From positions 14,329-78,328 of the forward strand of contig CAZBGQ010000002.1 in assembly GCA_964491515.1 (NCBI GenBank): DNA of 64,000 nucleotides, read 5' to 3'. The stretch is from an uncultured Candidatus Peribacteria bacterium. Lineage in GTDB: Bacteria; Patescibacteriota; Gracilibacteria; UBA1369; UBA12473. Positions 45,087 to 54,705 of this stretch are shown here, one piece after another (positions within the stretch are counted from its first letter, which is position 1; the number at the start of each line of letters is the position of its first letter). The notes below the pieces were generated by a model. The model was given only the letters and a program-made list of their open reading frames with translations, made no database searches and was not told where the DNA came from. Made by a program: the position numbers and the translations under genes.

Positions 45087-46094
45087 TTATCGACGAGCAC
45101 GTTTAACGCCCATACGAATCAACCAACCAACCACAATAACCGGAACACCAAACACCAACAACCAAATCAAAACATTCACAAAACCCTGTGCTGCAACCAC
45201 CAATTGATTGAGTGCTTGCTTAACAACCACAAATGGCTGCCAATCCCGCGTTGGCGCAATCACCGAGGTTTCCTCAGACACGTCCACTGAAATAGTAGAA
45301 AAGACTGTCTTATTCTCCAGATACTGCAAACGCCCCTCTGAACTTTCAATATCACGACGTACTCTCGACAAATAATCATTCACCTGCAAAATTTCTTCAA
45401 CCGTCGTTGCCTTTTTAAGGATTTCTAAATACTGAGCCTCTTCCGCATGAAGTGTTCCCAATCTAGCCTGAACATCAATAAATTCTTCTGTCACATCTTG
45501 CCCTGAAACCGATTCACTACGAACCACTGTTGCAAGTTTTTTTATTTCAACCATTGCCGTTTCAAAATACTCAGAGCCCACACGCAATGTGATCGAACCA
45601 GCTAACGTATCATTATAGTTCAACCACGTATTCGACGACTGAACAAATCCCTCATAACTGCCTGCCAAAACACTAATCGATGCCAAAGTTTCCTCTGTGT
45701 TCTTCACATCCATAGAAACCGACCCTGTTTTAATAATCCTCGGGCCTACATCATCATATTTGGATAAATCTCCTGTACCTGAATTAGAAGGCGGCAACAG
45801 CACTGCACTCGTAGGAGCAAAGGAAGGAGACGAATCAGCCATATCCATGGCAATCATTTCAGCTTCCTCCATCGCAAACCCTCCCCCATAACCACGTTTC
45901 CCATAATCCTGCAGCACACTTTCATCATAATCAGACGTTAAATTATACATCCAATACGGCATAGAAAATCCTGTACCAGCCCAATAAACAGCGACTGCTA
46001 GCATAACAACCAAGACACGCCGAACCCAGGCAATTGCCCAAAGGCGCTTACAAGACAAAGTAGTTTTCATAAAAAGAAGGTTAAGTAGAACCAT
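45087..46094 (-). CDS. DUF4349-like membrane-anchored protein
   Basis: N-terminal TM segment, SITLRV...F...M..IKKLATVV.ESVSGQDVTEEFIDVQARL..L..EE..YLEILKKA..VEEIL.V...L..VR..IE...G.L.YL...V..STISVDV, and a C-terminal TM segment plus a basic tail. Confidence 0.55.
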   Translation of the reverse strand: MVLLNLLFMKTTLSCKRLWAIAWVRRVLVVMLAVAVYWAGTGFSMPYWMYNLTSDYDESVLQDYGKRGYGGGFAMEEAEMIAMDMADSSPSFAPTSAVLLPPSNSGTGDLSKYDDVGPRIIKTGSVSMDVKNTEETLASISVLAGSYEGFVQSSNTWLNYNDTLAGSITLRVGSEYFETAMVEIKKLATVVRSESVSGQDVTEEFIDVQARLGTLHAEEAQYLEILKKATTVEEILQVNDYLSRVRRDIESSEGRLQYLENKTVFSTISVDVSEETSVIAPTRDWQPFVVVKQALNQLVVAAQGFVNVLIWLLVFGVPVIVVGWLIRMGVKRARR

Positions 46095-46106
46095 TCTACC
46101 AAAACC

Positions 46107-49100
46107 CTAGACTGACGTCACTTGATTCACTGGAGCCTCAACATGATGACGACGACGAATAACAGCCGTAAACACTCCCACCGAAACCAATCCCAACAAA
46201 CTAAAAATCACCAATTTCCACGGAGCTCCAGCCTCTCCCTCCTCCGCTGATTGATGCAACAACCCTGTCAAAACTTCAAAATCAATGTGAATCGCAGAAG
46301 AGTAAAGATTCTTACTTAAATCCTTACCATACACACTCAATTCATGATCTCCTGATTCAAGTTCTTGAGGTGCCAATGTTACAAATTCACCCTCATCAGT
46401 GTCCACCAAAAGCGAAGAGCTATAGAGTTGACTAGCCCAGTTCGTATGAACTTCAAGATTCTTTTGCTTCACACGACCATACAAATAAGGTCGGCTATTT
46501 CCAATAGTAAATACCTGCAATGAATCCACATCAATCGGCGTGTTATCCAACTGCTCGGGAAGAACCAAATCCGCATCCAATGCTGAATCCACCTCAAACG
46601 AGTAAGGAACTGTCTCATCATCAACCTCTCCATCATCGTCCAATGAACGCACGATAACTTTGTAATCTCCATCTGCAAGTTTAGGTCGCGCCAAGAACTT
46701 ACCACTATCATCTGTTTCTACTTCCATAGTAATTGCGCCATTATCTTGAACTCCGAACAAACTCGCCACAAGCCGTTCACGGAATGTAATAGGCGCTGCA
46801 TTATCAGGAATAATCAATAACCTAATAGTACGATTTGGCTTAGAGGTACCTGTAAGCAATGGCGTGTCGCTGGCAAATACACTTTGATTTTGTCCGATAT
46901 TGGACATACGTGGTTTCTGGATTTGCGCTGTAGATGTAACTTCGCGAGGATTTGTCTTATAAACATAAGCCTCATCATAATCAGAAATACCATCACCGTC
47001 TGAATCAGCGCCATTAGGATCCGTTCGATACTTCAATTCATCCGCATCCGTAAGCCCATCTCCATCCGTATCAATCATCGCAAATGATAATTTAATTTTC
47101 TTATCAAAGCCTTCAATGGACTGCTTTTTCTCATATTTTTTAGGATCAATATTGTTTTTCTTTGCCCATTGATCCGGAACGTCATCTACCATTGTAGGTT
47201 GATCTTTATCATTTTTAGGATCTGTCCCTGACGCCAACTCAATCGAGTCATCAACTCCATCTCCATCCGTATCAGATTTCTTAGCATCCAATCCCAATTC
47301 TAACTTTTCAGTATCAGACATCCCATCTCCACTTGAATCCCAACTCGTAGGATCTAAACCTTGGGCAAGTTCATCCACATCTGATTCTCCATCTCCATCC
47401 GTATCATCAGTCGTTGGATCTAGACCAAGTAAATAAATCGTACTCAAATCCAAACCTTGTTTCGAACTTCTCGAACTACCATCAACCGTAGATGAGTCTT
47501 GGAAATACTTCTTCTCCCAAAAGTCAGGGAGAATATCATCATCTTCATTGGCTGTTTCCTGTTCATAAACGTTTGAAACATTTTCATTTGTAACTAAATC
47601 CAAACGAGTTTCCGGCACAATCACCACTGTTTGCTCAATCATCACCTCACTCTCCACTACCTCCACAGGTGCTGCCTCATAAACCTTCAAAACATCCGCC
47701 AACTCAACCAAGTCAACCTTTTCACCAATAACCGTCTCAGCTGAAGTCAACGCTTCAATTTTTTCTTCAAACAATTCTTTCTCCTCTTTCACTACAATCA
47801 AATCTGTATCCTTTGTCTTTTCTACAACCCCCACTTCTTCAACCTCATCCGTTCCTTCTTCATTTAATTCCTCCAATGCCTTTTCTTTCAAAAGTTCTTT
47901 TTCTAATTCCAACTTAGCCTTCGCCTCAGCTTGAGCATTCTCAAACACTTCTTTCGTTTCTTCCTTAAGCTCCTCCAATTTTTCTTGAACCTCCACATCT
48001 AATTCTTCCGTTTCAACTTCCACTCCAGATTCAGATTCTACATCCGCTTCAACATCACTATCAGACGCAACCGGGTAAAGTTCTTCAACCTCATCAACAA
48101 TAGCTTCAAGCACTTCTTCCTCTACTTCTAATTCTGGGATCAGAATAACTTCTGGAGCTTCAACTACAGGCGTTGGAGTTGACTCAATAACAGGAGTAAC
48201 ATCCCCCGGTTGTGACACATCAGATTCTCCACCTAAAGACCCTGTTGAATCCTCAGAAGATTCGCTTTCTCCACCTAATGACTCAGAAGAATCAGTAGTA
48301 CCATCAACAGTCGATTCAGTAATACTCTCAGACGTTTCAGAGCTACTAGAACTTGAGCTAGAGCCACCAGACCCTCCAGATCCTCCACCACCGCCACCTC
48401 CGCCGGTAACAACCGGATCCGCAACAGACGCCGTCTGTGTGTAACTCAAAGCATAAGCCGTAGCGCCAGACACATTACCAGCCGCATCAGTCTGAGTGAA
48501 TGAATACGAATTCGTTCCTATAGCCAAAGTAGCATCATACGACCATGTCGTTGATGCATCCGCAGCTATAAGTGCTGACCCACCTAAACTAACCGAAGCA
48601 TTCGTTTCTTTTGTTCCTAAAATAGTCACATAATAGGTGTCCGAAACTGAATCATAAGCCGCGCTATTAGCCGGAGAAGTCACTGTTGGCGCCGATGGCG
48701 CCGTAGAATCCAATGTCAGGCTAAAAGCCGTAGCACTCGATTCATTACCCACATAATCAGTTGAAACCACGGAAAATGAATTCAACCCTTCCGATAACGT
48801 CATGGGATAAGACCATGTCGTTCCAGAATCCAATGTATATACCAATACTCCCCCAATCGAAACACTTGTATAAGCTTCTTTAGTTCCAGTAAAAGTATAA
48901 GAAGCAGTGGTTTGTGTCGCACTACTTGAAGTCACCGTAACCACAGCTGGATCAGCAACATCAGCCGAAATCAGAGTAGTAGCGCTAAGCCCTTTAGCAT
49001 TCCCTGCTGCAGTTGTTAACTGAAAATATAAAACATCATTTTCATAAGCCGAATAATCACCGTACAAATGTGCTTGCAGCTCATCATCAGAAAGCACCAA

Positions 49101-52100
49101 GGTCTCAGTTCCCAAATAAGCGGTTACATATGTTGTCGTATCCAACGCATAAAAATCAACCGTATCACCCACCGCAAAATCCTCATTCGTATCAGTCATA
49201 TACATACCTAAATGACTCGTATGAGGCTGATCATCAATGCGAGACTCAACCTCTGCATCTCCATGAGCATTCCCAGCACTTCCAGTTTGATTATTATTAG
49301 CACCATCATTATTAAGCACAATAGTCGGACCACTATCCGCCACACCTAAATAAAAGACATTTCCACGCAAATAGTTTCCTGTCGTGGTTGCCCCAGCTAC
49401 CGTAATTCCATTATCGCCACCACCCCCATTAAATCCAATTTTATTAGCCTTAATTAAACTCGAATCAATAACTTCATCACCATATCCAATAATCACACCT
49501 TTAGGACCTCCAGTAAGAAGAACACCTGCCGATGAATTACCTAGACCCGATGCCAACAATTTATTAGTTCCAACATAATTACCAGTCACCACCACATCGT
49601 CTATACCAATATTAATTCCAGAATAATTACCTCCCACCACATTCGCCTCATCATCACTATCTCCTCCAACCGTAATCCCTGTTCCTCCTGTAAACTGAAT
49701 TCCATTTTGACCATTTGAAATAGTGGCAGAAGAAGAAGCATTCAAGCCAACAATATTCCCCTGCACCGTAACGGTCGTCAAAGAAGAAGAACCCGCACTA
49801 GCAAAAATTCCATTGGACACATTTCCAGAAATCAAATTCCCAGCAACTGTTCCATCCTTAACACCGATATTAACAGTATTCACCGGCTCACTCGGATTAA
49901 TTAAAATTCCATGAGTCCCATTTTGAATCGCCGCCGCACCAATCTTATTAGTTCCAATATAATTACCAATTAAAACTATATTAGTACCACCATTGATTTC
50001 AACACCTTCATTTCCATTTCCAGAGATAATATTACGTTTAAGTGTCTCCGTCCCTCCCACACGGATATTACTCACCGTATTTTCAAATCTAATCCCATCT
50101 CCGCTATTTCCCATATCCACGGTTCCTGTGCTATCCAATCCAATAATATTTCCCTGAACATAGACACCGGCAGAACCACTACCCTGAATCAATAAACCAT
50201 TTCCTGCATTTGAAGAAAGCACATTGGTTCCAGCATCAAGGCTATTACCAATAGTAACCGAATCCATATTACCGTTAACCGTGATCGCATTGTTACTATT
50301 AGCAAGAGCGACACCACCAGTCGCATCAACACCTAAATAACTAGAATAAATACCAATTTCACCTCCAACAGAGGAAACATTAATCGCATCATTCGAATTA
50401 CCAGAGATAACATTTGTCACATTTGCCGAAGTTGAAATACCAATAGTTGTAGACCCTGATGAATTCAAATATATTCCGTGAACACCATTGGCCACAGCTC
50501 CCGTCCCTGCCGCGTTCGTCCCAATATAGTTTTCAGAGATCTTAACATGTGACGCTCCACTTGAAATTTCAATTCCATCACCAATATTACCAGAAATAAC
50601 ATTTGGATTATCAATGGCCGTTTCATCTGAACTCCCGATCAAAAAGCCAGATGACGTATTCAAAAGAATTCCATCAATTCCATTAGCCAACGCCGCCGTA
50701 CCTGCCGCATTCAACCCAATATAATTTCCGGAAATCTGAAAATCTCTTGAGTCCGTATTTACATGAATCCCGTATGACGTACTGGCCGCAATCACATTGC
50801 GCTTAATCATACAATTCCCAACCGTCTCGTTACATGACGCGGCATTAATTTCAATCGCATCACCACCATTTCCCAGTGCCACTGCACCAGTCAAATCCGT
50901 TCCTACATAATTATTTTCAACATCAATCCTAGAAGTAAAAGAACCTCTTATATAAAACCCATCATTCGTATTTCCCGAAATCAAATTACGTTTATTAACA
51001 CCAACCTCAAACGCCGCCGCGTGAGCACCACCTGAATCCCAACAAATCCCACTATCATTTGGAATCGCGGAATCACCATCCACATTGGTTCCAATATAAT
51101 TCCCATCGATCTTAATAGTTCCGGAATTATTATTAGTCTCAACTCGAATTCCACAATACGAACTAGGCGCACCACTAATAAGATTACGCTGCCCTCCTGA
51201 GGCACCTCCAATCTGAATATCTGAACCACTGGTTATTTGAATGTTATCAGTTCCATTCGCCAAGACCGTATTTCCACTCTCATCCACTCCAATATAATTC
51301 CCGAAAAGCATCCACTTATCCGCACCACTCCTAAAATCAACACCCTGATCTGAATTACCAGAAATCACATTATCTTTAATAAAACAATTTCCCCAAACCG
51401 CACAAGACCCATCAATTTGAACACCTCTTCCTCCGTTATTAGATTCTGCACCCGTACCCAACGCATTCGTTCCAATATAATTATTTTCAACCACTAAATC
51501 AGAAAACGTTCCATTAAGATTAAGCTGTCCATAAGCATTATTCGAAATAATATTTCGTTCACCACTCAATCCCCCGCCAATCTGAACCGTTCCTGTATAC
51601 GACTGTCCATTTTGAGAACAAATCCCCCAGCCACTTCCGGTTCCTCCAGATCCATCGCTATCCACTCCAATATAATTTCCAGAAATCGTTAAATCACCCA
51701 CACTATTTTGAATATAAATCGAACAATGTCCTCCAACACCAGCACCCTGAAACACATTTCTTTCATTCGAATCATCCCCACCAATAACCACGCCATTAGC
51801 ACCTTGAATAATAATTCCAGCATATCCAGTATCAATCGTTGCACCATCTGCTTGAACTCCTACATAATTATTAATAAACGTAATATCATTAGCCACTAAG
51901 CCCAGCGCATAGGAACTACCTGTACCCCATCCTTGAAAAATATTGCGATCCGTTCCATCCGTCCCTCCAATCGTGGCATTAGCCCCACTCACCGTAAGCT
52001 GCTCTTCAAATCCATCAAAAGTACAACCCTTAACAGTAGAAGGACCTATGAGCCTAGTCCCAGCAATCGCCCCTCCAGCCAACGTAACATCCCCATCACA

Positions 52101-52385
52101 ATCCAAAATAATTCCTAAAGAATCTGTAGTCTGTGGATCCAAAACAAGATTAGGATCCGTAATCGTAACCGTCCCCGATCCACTAAAAGCAATCGTATCT
52201 TGGCCCACATTCGCATCAGCTGCATTAATAGCTTCGGTAAGAGTACACGTTGCATCACAAATCCCATCACCTGCCACATAATTGTAATCAGTAACCGTAT
52301 ACGTAGCCGCCATCACCGAACCCACACTCAATGCGAGCACAAGGATTGACGCAGACAACAGATTGAGGAGCAATCGTTTAAACAA
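46107..52385 (-). CDS. giant (2092 aa) surface protein: signal peptide, parallel beta-helix repeats, Ig-like domains, Gly/Ser and acidic linkers, TSP3-like Ca-binding repeats, C-terminal TM anchor (TTG start)
   Basis: Dozens of N(V/I)ISGN...G(I/V) beta-helix turns. Ig-like modules with T(T)WSY...G.NS(F/Y)S...D..GN.S. A G7SGGSGGS8 tract. D.DGDG.SD..E repeats. Ends ...WKLVIFSLLGLVSVGVFTAVIRRRHH. Confidence 0.8.
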   Translation of the reverse strand: MFKRLLLNLLSASILVLALSVGSVMAATYTVTDYNYVAGDGICDATCTLTEAINAADANVGQDTIAFSGSGTVTITDPNLVLDPQTTDSLGIILDCDGDVTLAGGAIAGTRLIGPSTVKGCTFDGFEEQLTVSGANATIGGTDGTDRNIFQGWGTGSSYALGLVANDITFINNYVGVQADGATIDTGYAGIIIQGANGVVIGGDDSNERNVFQGAGVGGHCSIYIQNSVGDLTISGNYIGVDSDGSGGTGSGWGICSQNGQSYTGTVQIGGGLSGERNIISNNAYGQLNLNGTFSDLVVENNYIGTNALGTGAESNNGGRGVQIDGSCAVWGNCFIKDNVISGNSDQGVDFRSGADKWMLFGNYIGVDESGNTVLANGTDNIQITSGSDIQIGGASGGQRNLISGAPSSYCGIRVETNNNSGTIKIDGNYIGTNVDGDSAIPNDSGICWDSGGAHAAAFEVGVNKRNLISGNTNDGFYIRGSFTSRIDVENNYVGTDLTGAVALGNGGDAIEINAASCNETVGNCMIKRNVIAASTSYGIHVNTDSRDFQISGNYIGLNAAGTAALANGIDGILLNTSSGFLIGSSDETAIDNPNVISGNIGDGIEISSGASHVKISENYIGTNAAGTGAVANGVHGIYLNSSGSTTIGISTSANVTNVISGNSNDAINVSSVGGEIGIYSSYLGVDATGGVALANSNNAITVNGNMDSVTIGNSLDAGTNVLSSNAGNGLLIQGSGSAGVYVQGNIIGLDSTGTVDMGNSGDGIRFENTVSNIRVGGTETLKRNIISGNGNEGVEINGGTNIVLIGNYIGTNKIGAAAIQNGTHGILINPSEPVNTVNIGVKDGTVAGNLISGNVSNGIFASAGSSSLTTVTVQGNIVGLNASSSATISNGQNGIQFTGGTGITVGGDSDDEANVVGGNYSGINIGIDDVVVTGNYVGTNKLLASGLGNSSAGVLLTGGPKGVIIGYGDEVIDSSLIKANKIGFNGGGGDNGITVAGATTTGNYLRGNVFYLGVADSGPTIVLNNDGANNNQTGSAGNAHGDAEVESRIDDQPHTSHLGMYMTDTNEDFAVGDTVDFYALDTTTYVTAYLGTETLVLSDDELQAHLYGDYSAYENDVLYFQLTTAAGNAKGLSATTLISADVADPAVVTVTSSSATQTTASYTFTGTKEAYTSVSIGGVLVYTLDSGTTWSYPMTLSEGLNSFSVVSTDYVGNESSATAFSLTLDSTAPSAPTVTSPANSAAYDSVSDTYYVTILGTKETNASVSLGGSALIAADASTTWSYDATLAIGTNSYSFTQTDAAGNVSGATAYALSYTQTASVADPVVTGGGGGGGGSGGSGGSSSSSSSSETSESITESTVDGTTDSSESLGGESESSEDSTGSLGGESDVSQPGDVTPVIESTPTPVVEAPEVILIPELEVEEEVLEAIVDEVEELYPVASDSDVEADVESESGVEVETEELDVEVQEKLEELKEETKEVFENAQAEAKAKLELEKELLKEKALEELNEEGTDEVEEVGVVEKTKDTDLIVVKEEKELFEEKIEALTSAETVIGEKVDLVELADVLKVYEAAPVEVVESEVMIEQTVVIVPETRLDLVTNENVSNVYEQETANEDDDILPDFWEKKYFQDSSTVDGSSRSSKQGLDLSTIYLLGLDPTTDDTDGDGESDVDELAQGLDPTSWDSSGDGMSDTEKLELGLDAKKSDTDGDGVDDSIELASGTDPKNDKDQPTMVDDVPDQWAKKNNIDPKKYEKKQSIEGFDKKIKLSFAMIDTDGDGLTDADELKYRTDPNGADSDGDGISDYDEAYVYKTNPREVTSTAQIQKPRMSNIGQNQSVFASDTPLLTGTSKPNRTIRLLIIPDNAAPITFRERLVASLFGVQDNGAITMEVETDDSGKFLARPKLADGDYKVIVRSLDDDGEVDDETVPYSFEVDSALDADLVLPEQLDNTPIDVDSLQVFTIGNSRPYLYGRVKQKNLEVHTNWASQLYSSSLLVDTDEGEFVTLAPQELESGDHELSVYGKDLSKNLYSSAIHIDFEVLTGLLHQSAEEGEAGAPWKLVIFSLLGLVSVGVFTAVIRRRHHVEAPVNQVTSV

Positions 52386-52416
52386 GGAATTTTTGTTTTA
52401 ATTTTTACTTCAAAAT

Positions 52417-52445
52417 ATTATACCCCGAAAAGCCTCGAATGTGAA
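52417..52445 (-). promoter_or_regulatory. promoter of the giant gene (TTCACA-17-TATAAT on the - strand)
   Basis: The reverse complement was read directly. An A-rich leader of about 25 nt precedes the TTG start. Confidence 0.5.
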
Positions 52446-52507
52446 GAGCATAGGCGCTGAACAAAAACCAACTTTCGCACACAAAAAACGCCTCCACTTT
52501 TTTTTAA

Positions 52508-52582
52508 TGGTAGCGCCAGGGGGAATCGAACCCCCGTTACCAGGATGAAAACCTGGCGTCCTAACCACTAGACGATGGCGCC
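52508..52582 (-). tRNA. tRNA-Glu (anticodon UUC), CCA encoded
   Basis: The reverse complement folds as a cloverleaf: GGCGCCA TC GTCT AGTGGTTA GGAC G CCAGG TTTTCAT CCTGG TAAC GGGGG TTCGATT CCCCC TGGCGCT A CCA. It has a G1-U72 wobble. Confidence 0.88.
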
Positions 52583-52623
52583 ACAATTGAGTTCACTTCG
52601 AGAAAACAAAACTAGTATAGACA

Positions 52624-53052
52624 TTACCTCCCCTGTGTCAACTGTAGTAACAAACCAGCCTTATCCATAACAGCAGGATCCTCCTGATAGTTCTCCTCTT
52701 CCTGGAACAAAGATGTTGGATTTTCAGCAAAAAAATAACGTCCACCCAAAAATCGCACATAGAAAGTCACTTGATCAGATCCTGGAAAATCAACCTTATG
52801 AACTTGATACGTCAAGAAATTCTTTGCATCAAGAGCCCCGCCCCAAGGACCAGTTGCCACATCATCACACAACACCACCGCACCAATAGAACTTTCTTCA
52901 ACAGATAAATGAAGGGCAAGCTTAGATCCAAAATGCGCTGAAGCCGCGGACTCCTCTACTTCAAAAGGGGCTTCCGACTCCGCCGCCAAAACCGCTCCCG
53001 GCACCATCGAAAGCCCAAGGGTCAACGCGGACAAAACACTCGTAACTTTCAT
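52624..53052 (-). CDS. hypothetical secreted protein (start moved to the internal Met preceding a signal peptide)
   Basis: MKVTSVLSALTLGLSMVPGAVLAAESE is a signal peptide. The track's 51 upstream codons look non-coding. Confidence 0.45.
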   Translation of the reverse strand: MKVTSVLSALTLGLSMVPGAVLAAESEAPFEVEESAASAHFGSKLALHLSVEESSIGAVVLCDDVATGPWGGALDAKNFLTYQVHKVDFPGSDQVTFYVRFLGGRYFFAENPTSLFQEEENYQEDPAVMDKAGLLLQLTQGR

Positions 53053-53333
53053 AGAGAAACAAGCCGAGAAAGACGAGACTGTTGCCGATTCTGGACGAAA
53101 AGGTGGATCAGAAAAACCGCTATTTGGGGAAGATTCAAGAGACATCAAGAAGAAATTTAACACTTTCAAAAAATTTGTCAATATTTTTCCAAATAACCAC
53201 TCCAAACCTGTAAATTACCAAATCACACCACGCTCTCCTCGTAGATGCACCACAAAAAACACAAATTCTCTTTACAGAAGCCAAACCTGTAAACTATCCT
53301 GTAATCAGGTTTATTACTTTAACCCATTTTACA

Positions 53334-53531
53334 ATGGCTTATGCACACACCAATAGTAAGGGGCAGACCTACTTACTTCACGGGAAAATGGTCACTCTTC
53401 GAGGCGGCCGTCAGCAACAAATTTACTACTTCGCTCGCGAAGAAAAAGCTGATGCTCTAGACGCACTTCCAGAAGGATACCAAGTAGTTGAAAACAAACG
53501 AACTGGTCTCCCAATGCTTAAGAAAGCTTAA
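53334..53531 (+). CDS. small conserved-looking protein (65 aa), function unknown
   Basis: A stand-alone unit followed by a clean terminator. Sequence ...TLRGGRQQQIYYFAREEKADALDALPEGYQVVENKRTGLPMLKK. Confidence 0.45.
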   Translation: MAYAHTNSKGQTYLLHGKMVTLRGGRQQQIYYFAREEKADALDALPEGYQVVENKRTGLPMLKKA

Positions 53532-53566
53532 GTTTTTTATTGTGGACATCCACCATAAAACATTAG

Positions 53567-53594
53567 AGCCCCACCTAACAGTGGGGCTTTTCTT
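53567..53594 (+). terminator. rho-independent terminator
   Basis: An 8-bp stem AGCCCCAC/GTGGGGCT with a 6-nt loop, then TTTCTT. Confidence 0.7.
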
Positions 53595-53595
53595 A

Positions 53596-53604
53596 TGGTA
53601 AAGT
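53596..53604 (+). promoter_or_regulatory. extended -10 (TGgTAAAGT), 6 nt before the ATG (leaderless candidate)
   Basis: Read directly. The -10 ends at 53604 and the ATG is at 53611. Confidence 0.4.
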
Positions 53605-53610
53605 ACACAT

Positions 53611-54144
53611 ATGCTAGTCAACCTCATCCTCCTCTCCATTCTTAGTTTTGCCTTACTGATGCTAATCAGCATCATTTTGCATATTTTTTCCGGTGCCCCT
53701 TGGGTCCCCAGTAAAAAAGCCACAATCAATCTAATGCTTCAGGAAGCTAAATTGAAACCAAACCAAAACCTTTACGACCTAGGATGTGGAGACGCTCGAC
53801 TACTCATCAAAGCAGAAAAACAGTTTCAAACAAAAGGAACCGGCTATGAACATGCCCCCCTCGCCTACGTTGCCGCCATGCTAAACAAATGGATCCACCG
53901 TTCACAAGTCCAGGTCCATTATAAAAACTTTTTCAAACACTCCCTAAAAGGTGCTGATGTTATTTTCCTTTATCTCGGCCCAGACGTTCAGAAAAAACTT
54001 GCCCCCAAACTAAAAAAAGAGTGCAAACCAGGAACCCTCATCCTGAGCAACACATTCCATCTTCCAACCTTCGAACCAATCAAGCACATTCCAAAAAACA
54101 AACTGACCAATTCGGTCTACCTCTATAAAGTACCTCGTCGATGA
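53611..54144 (+). CDS. membrane-anchored class I SAM-dependent methyltransferase (FAM173/ATPSCKMT-like), copy 1
   Basis: N-terminal TM segment, APWVPS, motif I LYDLGCGDARL, VIFLYLGP..Q.KL..KL and F.LP.FEP. Confidence 0.7.
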   Translation: MLVNLILLSILSFALLMLISIILHIFSGAPWVPSKKATINLMLQEAKLKPNQNLYDLGCGDARLLIKAEKQFQTKGTGYEHAPLAYVAAMLNKWIHRSQVQVHYKNFFKHSLKGADVIFLYLGPDVQKKLAPKLKKECKPGTLILSNTFHLPTFEPIKHIPKNKLTNSVYLYKVPRR

Positions 54145-54695
54145 TTGAATTCATGGAGATCTTTCCTCCGATCAGTCCATTTCAAAGTGCGCTTCTAGCC
54201 ATCATGCTCGTCCCCACACTCATCGCATTGATATGGGGCGCTCCTTGGGTACCAACTCCCAAAAACCGCGTACGAAGAATGCTCATATTAGCCAAACTAA
54301 AACCTGGAGAAACACTCTACGAACTAGGTTGCGGAGACGGACGACTCGCCCACATTGCCTCAGCAGAATACGGCATCAACGCCGTTGGATTTGAATTCTC
54401 TCCCATCATCTACGTCATGGCTAAACTTGTACAACCATTCTATTGGCTCAAGGGTTCACGTGCTCAAATCAAATACCGCAACTTCTATAACGTCGATTTT
54501 TCCAAAGTTGACGTCATCACCTGCTATCTCCTCCCCCACTCCATTCGAAAAGTAACTACCAAGTGCGAAAAAGAACTCAAAAAAGGTGCACGCGTGATTT
54601 CCTATGCCTTTCCTTTCCTCAAATGGGAACCAACACACCGCGAACGCCGCATCCGAAAAAAAGCATACGGCCCGATTTGGGTATATAAACGCTAA
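54141..54695 (+). CDS. membrane-anchored class I SAM-dependent methyltransferase (FAM173/ATPSCKMT-like), copy 2
   Basis: N-terminal TM segment, APWVPT, motif I LYELGCGDGRL and FPF.KWEP. It has an ATGA overlap with copy 1. Confidence 0.7.
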   Translation: MIEFMEIFPPISPFQSALLAIMLVPTLIALIWGAPWVPTPKNRVRRMLILAKLKPGETLYELGCGDGRLAHIASAEYGINAVGFEFSPIIYVMAKLVQPFYWLKGSRAQIKYRNFYNVDFSKVDVITCYLLPHSIRKVTTKCEKELKKGARVISYAFPFLKWEPTHRERRIRKKAYGPIWVYKR

Positions 54696-54705
54696 ATCCC
54701 CCTCT

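Noticed and set aside
46107-52385. A diversity-generating retroelement, CRISPR array, prophage or transposon associated with the giant gene or the tRNA-Glu.
   Set aside because: No reverse transcriptase, integrase, transposase, template/variable repeat pair or spacer-repeat array is visible anywhere in the window.
53053-53205. N-terminal extensions proposed by the ORF track: 53053-53205 for the secreted protein and 35789-35860 for the second TrmB-like regulator.
   Set aside because: The internal Met codons give a canonical signal peptide and a canonical wHTH N-terminus respectively. The extensions would also erase the promoter space and overlap the repeated CCAAACCTGTAAA site.
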